The translations under genes were made by a program, and so were the position numbers. Source: Leptogorgia sarmentosa (Eukaryota). Taken from it: 64,000 nt of DNA. Location of the stretch: contig OZ210884.1 in assembly GCA_964658305.1 (NCBI GenBank), forward strand, positions 3,038,001 to 3,102,000. Direction: 5' to 3'. The notes beneath the pieces are model-generated. The model searched no databases and was not told the origin of the DNA. It saw nothing but the letters and a program-made list of their open reading frames with translations. Below are positions 24,311 to 37,600 of this stretch, one piece after another (within the stretch, counting starts at the first letter, position 1; every line of letters starts with the position of its first letter).

Positions 24311-27300
24311 TATATATATTGAATGGAAATCCAATTCGTAATTGTTTTTGCTGTTTCCAAACTATGTTATAATAATTGAATTGTATAATTATTTATAAAA
24401 GTTTCGTCATAGAAATTTACGGTTTTGAAAAAAATAGCTCACTTTCAAGTCTAGCTCCAATATTGTAAGTTACATTAATGTTACAATATTGTTACTATAA
24501 AGCTTGCTTGAAATATGTTGTTTTGGGTTATCTTTAGTACGGTTTCCCAGGATTGTGGATTTCTTGCTGTGACTTCAGTTTTTGTAAATAAGTTTGGTAA
24601 ATTCCATTCATTAAAGACAAGCTAGATTTGAATACATCGTCGTTTTTTAGCAAGTTTGTGTACTATACTGAAAACTCTGTATAAGTGAGGTATGCATGCA
24701 TTGAGATATAGAAACATTGTATTCGCGTAACTCTTTGTAGCTATATTTTTTGATAATAAGGATTAAGTATTAACAATTGTTAGCTAACATCTTTTCGGAA
24801 AGAACGCATTGCTTTTAATTTACAATAACACAATAAGATCACAACCAGACTTATCGACCCCCTTCATTTGAAATTCTTTAGTCAACCTATATAGGTAAAC
24901 AAATTTAACATATTGCTTTGCTTGAACCAAGTTACATCATATATACATAAGTCAATAGCGTTTATTTCACTTCCAATCTTTTGAAACTTGCTACAGATAA
25001 CTGTAAATACATTGTGCAAAAGCAATTAAATCTTGTCAACCGTCTTGTTTTCGTTTCTCTTTATTACCGTTTCCAAGCACTGTGGATGCCCAGCTGTGCG
25101 GAACTTTACGCTTGCAAATTAAAGTTTTGAGATTGAGACAAGCTTCGAATGTAATTGTCTTTTTCGGAAAAACCTGTATGTAGAACACGTTCGGAGCGTC
25201 TTGTTTAAAGGTGTGTTCAAGTTAAGAATCATTCTGTTGGCAATCTTATGTAATTGTACTGTAACACAATTCGGATCGATCTTTCAGATTAATTTTGTAT
25301 CGGATTGTTGGTTACGCTGTGTATATATATATAGAAATTATAAGCTATAACGAGACGAAAGATACACCCGGCAACACCATGTCAAACAGGACATATAATA
25401 TGCGCATCATTACAACTAATTTATAGTAACACACTAATAATACTTCTTTATATATCATACCGCAAATATATATTATGTTAGATTTAGTTCCACTTAAACA
25501 TCTAGTTTTAGCGTATTTTTACCCCGCTGTTTACATACCTCTTCATAGAAGCCGCACACACTAAATTACAGTGTTAACGACAATAATTATTCATGTAGAA
25601 AACGTTGAATAATTGTAGAGAAATTTTTGCCTGTACAGTGCGTTTACGATAAACATTTCTGCGGTTTGAAGGCCAATTCAAACGAAACCAATATCGATCA
25701 ACATTGTCTGTCCAACAATGTTACACGATGTGTGAGGAAAAGATTAAACTTAAGCTTATATTATCCAACAATGCATAGTATTCAAACGTTACCGACGCCA
25801 AATTGTTGCAGCCAACAATATTGGTTGATGTATCTAGGACCCACAGGTTGCCTTGGTGATGGATGTCTACACTAATCGACTTAACTCTTTATGATGTGCG
25901 ATGAATTGCTGCTTTGCTTTCTACTAGCTGGTTTTGCCAGATTAGCCGGGCTGAACTACACACGTAAATTGGAACATTATAGGTAGCTAAAATTTGTCAA
26001 CTCGTGTCATTAAATGTTCGATTATACAAGAAACCAATGTAGCTAGTGCATGCGATGAATGACGAGAAGTCTATTGATCTAATACCTGTAATGTTTTATA
26101 CTGTATGAGATGTTCGGTGAGGGTAAATGATGGAAAACAAAGGTACCCATCGGGTATCCATCGTGGTGATATTGTCGCGCGCGTTTTCCTATTCAGTCAT
26201 GCTACAAGACTCGCTCAGTGACAGAAACTTCAAAAGGGACCTGGCGATTTTATAAAAAAACTAGCTAGATCATTTGAACAGCCGCGAAAAGTGCCACACA
26301 CTGCCTAAACGATACGAAAGGATTCAGGCTTCTCAATTTGTCCTTGTGTAGATATCAGGAGTTGTAAAAACTGTAATATATGGCCAGTGAATGTAGTTAG
26401 TAGCTATACATAATAACATCAACAAATAACAAACGTTCCACAAGGGATCCAAAACGCATTGATACACACCATTGTTTTAAATTGAATACCCACCGCAAGT
26501 GAACGATTTACGTACTTTAAATGTGATAACATTTTGAATAAGGAAAACTCATTATCAGTCATATATTCCGTTTTGGCAGAGAACGCAGAAATGAAGATAA
26601 AATCTGCTATTAATATTGCACTTTATTCTTTTAAGCTTGCTTCGAAAAAACTGTTTACACGCATCCATATTGATTTGAATGCGTATGTTGTTGCGCTACG
26701 CTAAGCACTCGCATCATGATCAGGCGGAAATGACATGCCGTGAATCCAACTGTATTAAAATTTAAAAACGATTTCTCGTGGAAACCTGAATTTGCCAACA
26801 CAAACAATGTGATCATACTCGTGTTGGCGCGTTAAAGTCTGCTCTGAACATTTGCAGTATCGGGTATCTATTTGAGGTTTAGTGAAATATGCGAGTGTTT
26901 TGTTTACGAACACATGCACGAGTTGTATGATGTACATGCAATAAAGTTGTTATACTGAAAGAGGCGGTATGTCAACTGAAAATTCGAATTCATCGTATAA
27001 TGACAGCAATTACAAGTGGGTGTATTTATAAACAAAACAAGACAAAAAATTTCTTACTCACTAAATTGTTAAAATAATATTACAATAGTTTGTGGGCAGC
27101 CTTCTAGGATGCTATTTTCAATAAAGCTCGCTTTCCTATGCCCACCGGTCTCATAGGTTGTCCCTCGAACTCGAGATTGATATTAACAAGCTGCCAATTG
27201 GAGTTGGAGTGTAATATATTTAGGAAAAGTTTCAATGGTGTACATGCATGCGGCTTAGTAGTCTAAATCTTGAGACACAGACACGGTTTCAGGTTGGATC

Positions 27301-27345
27301 ATATAGCCTCAGTACTGGTAGCCTTGGCCCTCTGTAGAACGTCTT

Positions 27346-28525
27346 GGTGCGAGACGCGATCTTGCCAACCTATCCACATCATGGAGCGCAATGAGCTCGG
27401 CTGGAACTGTTGCATCTTTTTTAGGTGCCTCTACTTCTTGAGTTTGGTAGATAGAGACAATTTTGTGCTGTAAAACCTTGGTGTGATCGGTACGTCTCAA
27501 GCTAAAAAAAAACGTATTTCAATAACACGATCTAGAAAAATAAAAATTATGAGTTTATGGCTTTTCAAAATTCTCTATTTTGATTAGTTGACCAGCGGTC
27601 CAGTAAAAATCCATATCCGGCAGGACCGGTGTCCCGGATGTCATTTATCTGGCGGAAAATTTGGCTTTGCAAAAAGAAAAGGGTTTTGCTTTTTAATTCC
27701 ATTCACTCCAGTGAACATCACAAAACAGTGGTAGTGTTTCAACCTAATTTCTCAGATAATCATAATTAATGTTATTGACGCTATATTTTTACATTGCGGA
27801 CGGAAGAGCATGTATACGAACGAGGATGTTATATCGCAAAATGCGGCAGGGCCAAGGTTTGAGTTATACAAGATGTATCAAACAAGCTCATGCAACTTTG
27901 CTGTCTTACTATGGGCTGGATATGAAATTTATCCATCGATTGTTCTCGCGATTCAAACAAAACTTGACGGTGAAAACTGTATTTTCCACAGTTGACAATT
28001 GGTCGCGAAACATTGAAAGTAAATCCCAATGGTAATTGGAATCAATGAGTTCTCAATCGAAAGGCCCAGTGAAGAGGTTATTTGGTAAATGCGAACAAAA
28101 ACAGTTAATTTATTAGACTGACACAAACACTATTCTCTAGCTTTGCAAAATAAGGAGTTCCAAACAGCTCGTGACTCTTTCTGGCAACATTTGAGAACTA
28201 GCAGCATAATTTTTTTCGAAAAAAAAACAAATTGTTCATGGAGAAACTTAAACGGGCAAATTCTTGCGTTAATTATGTAGCATCCGTATTAGAATAAAAG
28301 ATTTTGACCAATTTAAGAATAATCAATTTTAAACTTTTATATAACGATTCAAAGCTTAAATATTAGCTACAACTGTAAAGATTTTGAAAAAATATAATCA
28401 GTCACTGGTGAACACTAACGCCATAAAATACGCGATAATTGCATTAATTTTTATTACACAATGTTCTACCAGGGATTGCGAGTCCTATTTTGTTTTGCAG
28501 TTCTTCGCGCTTGAGTTTTATACAC
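27346..28525. other. ~1.18-kb segment present only in copy B2, just upstream of the gene B signal-peptide exon (possible TE fragment)
   Basis: Copy A reads ctgtagaacgtc-ttttcaaaaaccattttgaaaaataggac contiguously; B2 has extra sequence between these anchors. Confidence 0.7.
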
Positions 28526-28640
28526 AAACACATTTGGAAAAATAGGACATTGAAACGTTGACCTCTCGAACGCAATATTTTCCCATTTCCTGGAATTAGA
28601 CCATACTGATGATATCTTTCCTTCTGTTCTTTTGACGCAG

Positions 28641-31600
28641 ATGTTTCTTCAATGGAAGTTCGCGGCGATATCGATCATTGCAAGTTTGGCATTTTTCAAA
28701 GTTGAAGGTAATGAAGGGCACAATTATTTCATTGAATTAATTCTCTTTGCGCTTAGGTTATCTCAGTAATGTCAGGTGGTGCTAATAGTGTCATATTTTT
28801 TAACTTTTCTGTCAAAAATACGTCAAACAAGAGTTGTAATCTTCTGTCGACGTTTAGCATTTTCTCATCGCACAATTTCGTTATACAGGCTACGTATACC
28901 CTGGAGAGGAATACATCCTTTATTCCAATGCAACACATGTGTCATACGTCTCTGTGGAAGGAGGCGAATCCACTGTAATCCTGTCAGCAGAGAGTGCCAC
29001 CCTTGGATACGATGAAATAAATTATCGCCTGTGGTATCATGAATCTGTTAGCCTATCCCTCAATCAAACTGGTCTGGATGGAAGTGACTCAAAAACTGTG
29101 TCCGTTCCATCAACTTTCATTTCGTTTGCGGTTGATGAAGTAAACAAAACTATCTACTACGTGAACTACGTGAACAGCGGGGATGTAAGCGTTCAATCTA
29201 TTGATTACGATGGCGTCGCCCTTCCGGAGATTGCCGATTTGCAAAGCCATGATGATTATGAGGATATAGAAATTGACGCCCATAACAGGTAAGTGACAAT
29301 TGTTAAAGTACTGTAGTTATCCTATATTAAATGGGCAATAAGATGCAATGTTCGTCAAGTTTAGCTATCAAGAAAATTATGTGAATATATTTGAAAGAAA
29401 ACGTCATGTATTCAATCAACTGTTCATTAGTACATTAAACAACCACGCCCCTTTTAAACATATAACAATCATAAATAAATACATTAAACTATTAATGAAT
29501 CGTAGATACAGGTTGCTCAAAGTTTTTAAGGCAAACTATAATATGATTGGGTAAAGTGTGATATAAATCACCAATTAGTAAAATTGCGAAGTTTACTTGG
29601 GAAAACTGAAAGATCTATTATAGAATGAGCTGATAAAGCGACATCCACATTTTTTTAAATATCAAACTTTTTTTTACCTATTGCAATTCTGAATATCTTT
29701 GTACAATTCAATTATCTTCCATTCATAATATCAAATTTTTCAAAATGTATGGACGTCATTTAAATTATATGATAAATTTGAATTTTGAGAATTTCAGACC
29801 TGTACATCATCCGAAATGCCATTTTCGAGGTCTGAAATACATTGGAAAATTTTGCTGGAATACCGCTATATCAAGTAATTGTTTAAAGGCGAGCTTGTTT
29901 TGCTCTGCAAAAAGTGGAGAGTGAAGGGGCACTGCAGCCCAAAAGCCCCCTCTCTCGCCGGGCGAAATGATTTGTTAATAGGGGGTTGGAAAATGGTTGT
30001 ATATCGGTGGGAACCGTAGCTCACGAGACGTCATGTATCGCTATGCATATGTATTTCCAAATTTATAACAATAGTTGTCGTAGATTATAGGCTTGTCCAT
30101 AAATGAATTGCACTTTTTTACTGCCAAACAACAACTCTGTGTCGTCAAACAGCACCGAGATTTGCTAAAATGTGTGAATAGAATTGTTGAACAGATTTAG
30201 TGTTTTGTTTTGTTTTTCATGCATAATAAAATAAAGAAATGAACGAAGATTAACTGACTTAGCCACAATTTAATCAAGATTTCGCAAAGCTAAATGTCTT
30301 AATAAGCTATGCTCCGGCATTCCAAAGGGCATTTCTGACTTCTTCCCGCTGTGATTACGCAACGACGTTAATATATTGCCCAAACAGAAATCTAACCCCC
30401 CCCCCCCCCAATCGTCATTATAAGTGAAACTGAGCATGATACACCCAGGGATACACCTGAAAATTCAACACGATTAAAAAAACTCTATTAAAATATCATT
30501 TCAGATCGATATTCCTCACCACCGATCAATCGAGTTCGCGAAACCTCATCCGCTACAATCTTGCTGATAGTACAGAAGAAACTCTTCATGATTCTATCTC
30601 TGGGATAGGTACACACCTCACGGTTGATACCGAAAATAAATGGGTTTACTGGATTCTTTTTACCAGCGAAAACAACTACAAAATTTTCAAAACTACCTAT
30701 ACCGGACAAACATCACAGATTGGAACAGATCAAACAGGAAGTGTTGGTGATGTCGACATTGCCCAGGGAGATGGATACTTTTATATCCTTGATTCTGGCT
30801 CTTCAGAAATAAAAAAATATAACAAAACAACCGAAACAATGGTCAGCGCGATTTCTATTTCGCCTGGAGCACAACGAATTATTGTGGTCACAGGTAGGTA
30901 TTGATTTGTGTTGATGAAAACATATTTGAAATGAGAGATGGAAAAAATCGATCATATCACGCTTCGTTACAAATATCCGTGTACGATATCCGTGTAGTAT
31001 TAATTTAATAACAGCTATTTGTCTTCGGGAAGGAAGAAGTGGAACAGAGTAATTAATAATGAAATGATATTATAATTTCAAAAATCATTGATGTCTAACC
31101 AGGATTAGATTATTCCCAAGCTTTCGGCTACCTGTCTGTAGCCTTCGACGCGTGTATATTTATGATGATGTAAGAATGCAATAACTATATAATGCATGTA
31201 AATAGAAACCGTAACAAACAGCAACATACTGGTAGCCGAAATCTTGCGAATAATAAAATTAATGTATTAACCAGAGAATGGCAAATATTATAATTTTGTT
31301 TCGTATTTCCTTATGGTTCTTTCCGTGTACATTTTTGGAAAGTTGTTAATTTCTTTCTAGACCAGGACAATTGTGCGGTGAATAATACCTGCCCAGCTAA
31401 CTCAACCTGCGCAAATATTCCTGGCACCGTTGCGTGTTCTTGCGACACTGGATTTACTGGAAATCAGACATATTGCGAAGGTACGTGTTCCTACATGATA
31501 AAACCATCAATACTTAACGAGAGTATGAATTAAATTTATTTCGGACTCGGGATATTGATTGCACATTGTTCGTTGCGAGACGCGTAGCTAGCAGCATTAA

Positions 31601-34600
31601 CTGCGTCAGTGTCAACATTTCATTGAATATATTCGTGAAAAACTAGAAGAAATACTACAAATTACAAATGCATTCAAAAAATTCAATGCAAACACATAAG
31701 TCAAAAAGGTCAACGAAATGCCGTCGGTCGAAATGTGAACAAAATGGCCGCCGCACGCGTAGTTATATTCTACCTGAGAGCCTTGGCATGGGCCAAAGCT
31801 ATAAATTATTTCTCTTAATGTTACTTACGTACTTAATGTTACGCTAAGTATACACGTATAATGGCGACGTCACATTTTGCTCTAAGCAAAAAATTGCCTT
31901 TTCCATCTTTTACAGATATAAATGAATGTAATGATAGTCCATGTGGCTTTAATGCAAACTGTACCAACACCATTGGTTCGTTCAATTGCGAATGCCAAAC
32001 GGGATATGAGGGCAACGGTACAAACTGCACAGGTAGGTAATCGTCTGGCTTCGACTCTCTTGGCGGAGAATCAGTTTTCCCGTTCAATGTTTCTGGGGAT
32101 TTCGAGTAGTGTAAGGAACAGATACGATAACAACATAAACAAGCAACATGACTCTTCTTCACTACCTAAATGCTACAAAAGAATTAGCGTGATTTTGAAA
32201 ATTTTTCATTAACCATGAATACGGAAAAGATGACGGATGTATATAAACCCAGAATGCTCTGGGAGCATCAAATATAGTGCAATGACGTAAATTTTATTAA
32301 ACAAGAAATGTCTTCCTATCTGATGGCCCTCATTCAACAAAACCATAATAGCTACGTGCTTTTTAAAAACGACTTCAAACCCCAGTGCATTCTGAGAAAT
32401 GAATATCCGCCACCATTACTTTGATCGTGGATTGAAAAACACACAATTAATTTTAAATGGATGAATCTAACGCGGAATTTAATTGGCTCGTTTGGTAGTA
32501 AGTAGAAAGTTTCAGAAAGTCCGACAGTTCCATAAGTATGGTGTGGGGGACATATTCATATATTTGCGTTTTCCGCAATTATTTTTTTTTGAAATCAATT
32601 GTTTTTATGGTCTGTGAACACGAATATATGAATATGCTCGCCCAACTTATCGCGTCTGGAACTTTTGCTTCTGTTTCCATGCCGGTATGAGTTAAAGTTT
32701 CGTTTTGAATATCAAACTAAACTAGGCAGCGAATAAATTTCAACCTCGTGATCTTAAACTTAATAATATCTAGCGACCGGACACTCAAGATTGAAACGGC
32801 TCTCCCTAATAAACATGTATTTTTCAGATATCGATGAGTGCCAAAGTAGTCCCTGTGATGATAACGCAAGTTGTACTAACAGTAATGGTTCTTATACATG
32901 CAATTGCACTACGGGATATGAAGGAAATGGAACAGTTTGCACAGGTATTTAGAATAGTTTCTGTTGCATGACAAACAATTTGAAAAACGACTTTAAGTAA
33001 TTGTAGCATGCAGTCTTTTCTTCACACTTTCAAAATGATTTCCTCATTTTTACTTCCTATATTTCAAACAAACAAGAGTTTTGTTTTTGCCGAAATTATT
33101 AAGATTTGTCCTGAATGAGGATATCATGAATGCCTGAAAATATATCTTTGCACTTTTCAGTGTTTTAATTATTCCTGTATTAGTATAATAGCTGTTTGTG
33201 AATTAAAGTGCATGTTTGGGGGATCGAATTGCTAGATTAAGAACGCATAAGGCTTAAATAAGAACAATGATAATTATGATATTTGACACCTGTTATGGAA
33301 ACCGAGCGATGTGAATGGCAATTTGATTCTGGTAAAATTTTTTTTTTTTGAATAGACATCAACGAATGCGAAACAGAAGCTCCGTGCCACGTGAACGCTA
33401 CTTGTACAAGCACACCGGGATCGTATTATTGTACTTGTAAAACAAATTATAGTGGAGATGGCTTCTTTTGCGAACGTAAGTGTACAATAAACAGTGAAAA
33501 ATCTTGCAATTGTGTGTCTGCTTAATTAAATATATGCAGCCGAAAAAGCGTTAGCTTGGAATTCTGGGTAAAAATTATGTTTGAAAAACCTTTAAAACCT
33601 TTAGAAATTAGTACATAAAATATAATTTTTTTGTCGAAACATTATTCCTTCGACACAATAGAGGTAATTTCAGTCTGAAGACTAATAAAATACAGCAAAA
33701 AATGGCACCTTTCGCGGTTTTTTCATTTTGTTGTACGATCTAGCTAATTATTGTTGGCTGCTAAAAACAAAATCTTAATAATAATTAAACTATAGCCAAC
33801 AAAATACAGATAAACGCGATGATATAGCTACCGGCCACGAAAAAAAAAACAAGCCAGGTGAATAAGGAGAGTGAACTCCAAAAAATGGAAGTCCTAGCTA
33901 TCTTCATGAAAATGTTTTTCTTTCTTGTTTTGTCGAAAATTGAGGTGAAGCGAGAACCGTTTTTTAACTCGTCAAAAAGTCATATTGACTTTTCTTTTTG
34001 GTGTTCTCATTCATTTTTTCTTAATTCTTGCTAAATCAGTAGCAGAAATCCCAGAACATGTTCGCAAAAATACCATTATCAGGATATTAATGTGCATCCG
34101 GTATTTTGTAGAACTCACGTGCAAAGTCGATGCCATCTACTATGCAACATCTTCTCAGGTCAAAGGTGTTTTCTCTGATGGGAACTCAACAGTCACGATT
34201 CTATCAGGGAGCGACGTGAAACTAAATTACGATTACTCCAGCGAAAGGCTCATCTATTATGATGGGGATAATCTCATCAGCGTAAAACTGGATGGCAGTG
34301 CTCCGATAACGATTGCACCAGTCGCCTCCTTATTCCGGTTTGCAGTGGATCATATAACAAGAAAAGTCTACTATTTCACAGAGTTGTTTAGGGACATTCA
34401 TATCATTGATCTGGATATTGGGAATGCAAATAAAATTAATCGAAATCTTGGCAATGTTGAAGACCTGGATACTTATCCTAGTAATAGGTACGTCTGTAAT
34501 TGAATTAGAAATATTACGATTTTCTATGAAGGGATGGTAATTTTAGGAGGAAGTGAAACAAAATGCCGAAAAGGAACATTAACATATTGAGTTCAAAAAA

Positions 34601-37600
34601 ACTCCATTAATAAATTAAATGCTTATTTTACATGAATGTTTGAAATAACACATTTTGTAAACACTTTTCTCATGCTCACATGCCAAAGTGTGGCTATGAT
34701 ACAGGTATGGAAGAAACAACATCTTGATACAATGAAAGCCCTGTCAGGAGGAGACGATGTGGCTAAAAATGTTTTTATTGCTACTGCAGCACAAAAAATT
34801 TATAAATAATGGTCTATTTTCAAAATTTTTCCAAACGTTTAATAACAGTCACGTATATCAGAACATACGGTGACAAATGTTTTGCATCACAAAAAGATGT
34901 GAATAAAACGAACACTAAATCTGACACCATTACCAGAAACTTTAGACATGTTCGCCCTGACTTCTTGAATAAATTTACTGTACAAGTCAACAACAGTATC
35001 GTGAAAGTTATTATAATTTACATAGCGGAGACGTTCAAAAATTATAAATTCTCGCCATTCAATCATACATGATCGTTTGGTGCCCTCTTACTTGATTTCA
35101 TAATGAACAAGTTTTTATTGTCTCAAAAGTCAATACTGAACGCATTTAACAAGCCTAACGATTAGATTTGTGCAAATCACAATAAAGGGCGATCAATCCC
35201 AATAACCGTTATTGTTCAGAGCAGTTTAAATCCAAATTAATTCTAATCTGATCTTCCGGGTTAAAAAATTAGTACCTATGAATGCCCAGAGAACCAAAAA
35301 TTTCAGGTAGCATAAGCAACATCATATTCTAGACATCTCTGATATTAAATAATCGATTGTTATATTTTCTATTTTTAGCTCCCTTGTTTTTGCTGCAGCA
35401 AATTCTGGAGATATTGTTCGCTATTTTTTGGATAAAGACACACAAGAAGTGATTTTTAACAACAATTCGTCCCCAATGTGCTTATCTGTCGATAGTGAAT
35501 ACAATTCGATTTATTGGATTAACTTCATCCCTGCAAATGGCGGTTATTTCCTTATGAAATCTTTGTTTAATGGTTCTACCTCGCGGGTGAAATATTATCC
35601 AGGTCCTACAAGCTCAGTGAAAATTGCAATTGGTAAAGATGATTTCTACGTAATGGATAGTACTCGAGGTCGTATTGATAGATTTGACAGAAAAAATTCC
35701 ACTTTGGAAAATTCGTTTTATGTAAGCGACACACCTTCGGAACTAACAGTCGTTCAAGGTAAGACACAATTTAATGACATGAATCATAGATATTTTTTGC
35801 ACTGCGGTACTGCCATAACTTAATTAAAAATATTCTCCAATTTATGGCGTTTGAAACGTATTATGAAAGAATCTAAAGCCGTGCGAATTTTTTTGAAGTG
35901 CAGGATAAACAGGAACGATGGAATGAAACAAACAAAAACGAAATCATTTAAAGATGTCATAATATGCTTCTTGGCGTCGTATATTCTAGCTATTAATTCA
36001 TTTTCCTAGATTTGGATGAATGCTGTATTGGTGGTTATTGCCATGAAAATGCTACTTGTACAAACACGCCTGGGAGTTATTTTTGCACATGCAAGACTGG
36101 CTTTACCGGCAACAATACTGCTTGTGAAGGTTTGAAATTATTTCAATAATCATACTTACTTTTATATACATGCTCTCACAACAGGAGTTTCCTGTGTATA
36201 AAACTGTCTAACTTGCGATGGAAAATAACAGTATGTAAAACATATAATGAAGTTTTCATTCGTGCAATGGTAAAAATATTACCATGACGTGAAAGATGAA
36301 AGTTTCCATTCTTCCAAGCGTTAAGGAAACCTTTATGATCGCGGAATTCGCCCATTTTTCAGAACGGGGATTTCATAATTAAACACTGAGATTGAGATTC
36401 AATAAAAAACTACAATTGGAAGTAGAAATGGCGTTAAGATATGAGCTGATACGAAGTGATTTCTAATCTGGTGTAACACAATTTAACCATACATTTGGGT
36501 ATGAATTTGGAAAAGGAACACATGCCCAATCTCAGGATCATACATTGCCAAAAAAATTTTAAACATCATTTTAGATAATTTTATTAAATATGAGCTAATA
36601 CTGTGCAGGACATTTTGGCTAATAACCACACACCTTTTTTTTGGGAAATCTTGCACGTTTCACCCTGTTAACAGCCGACAACTTTGAAATAAGAGCATAA
36701 ACAATACAGCATTATAACAAAAACCATGACCTCAACACAAGATTAATCTAGTTTTCGATCTCTAGATACCAACGAATGTGTGTCAGATACACCATGTCAT
36801 CCTAACGCAACCTGCAACAACACAGAGGGATCTTACACCTGTTCATGCAATATTGGATACAGCGGTGATGGCGAATCTTGTGTTGGTAAGGGACAATCTA
36901 TACACTTTGTCTTCACAAAGTTCTTTGAAGAAACGAACGAACCTGCCTTGGCAAACTTTGACACAAAATAATACTCTATAATTTTCAGTTACAATACACA
37001 GAAAAACTAATAAGTATTACCATTAGCGTAAACAAGAAGTAAAATTGGTTAAGTCTTCTGAATAATCGGGCTATACTCAGCTAGTCTTCATCAATAATTG
37101 TACTGCCTCTTTTGTTAACGATTTCTTTTTCGCGAGGCATCGATTCAAGCAATTAACGTTTGTCATGCTTCAGATGAGAATAAAAGTTCCAATAACACAC
37201 ACAATTGTCACTACGTATATATATATACAATGCTAATTGCACAAACACAAATGGATCATTCACATGTGCTTGCAGCAATGGCTTTGGTGGGATGGTGTAA
37301 ATTGTATAGGTAGTAAACATGAATTTATTCCCGGAACAAATTATTCCTAAAGTTGTGAATAATCCCATACAATATTTTATTTTAATATGCGATCCCGAGG
37401 GTCATTTTTCGATCTTCTCTCTTTTTTCAATTCACTCTTTTAAAATTCGTCGCCCATTAGTCCCACACCGAATTCATTGGGGAAATTTTCCAAAATTGAC
37501 AATGTCTCTATTTGCTGTTGCAGATATTAACGAATGTACAACTAACACACATAATTGCCACGGCAATGCTAATTGTACAAACACAAATGGATCATTTACA

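Larger units (their letters stand above)
21590..31210 (+). repeat. Segmental duplication copy B2 (upstream region plus exons 1-3 of gene B)
   Basis: Colinear with A ~7060-15365 apart from indels and element insertions. Confidence 0.92.

Noticed and set aside
27769..28035. ORFs inside the B2-specific 1.18-kb segment as a transposase fragment
   Set aside because: Short, with no recognisable catalytic motif; no TIR or TSD identified.
14464..30893. Positive selection between the two propeller heads
   Set aside because: A hand count for exon 3 gives 8 amino-acid-changing vs 6 purely synonymous codon differences, which per site is below neutral expectation; a formal dN/dS test would be needed.
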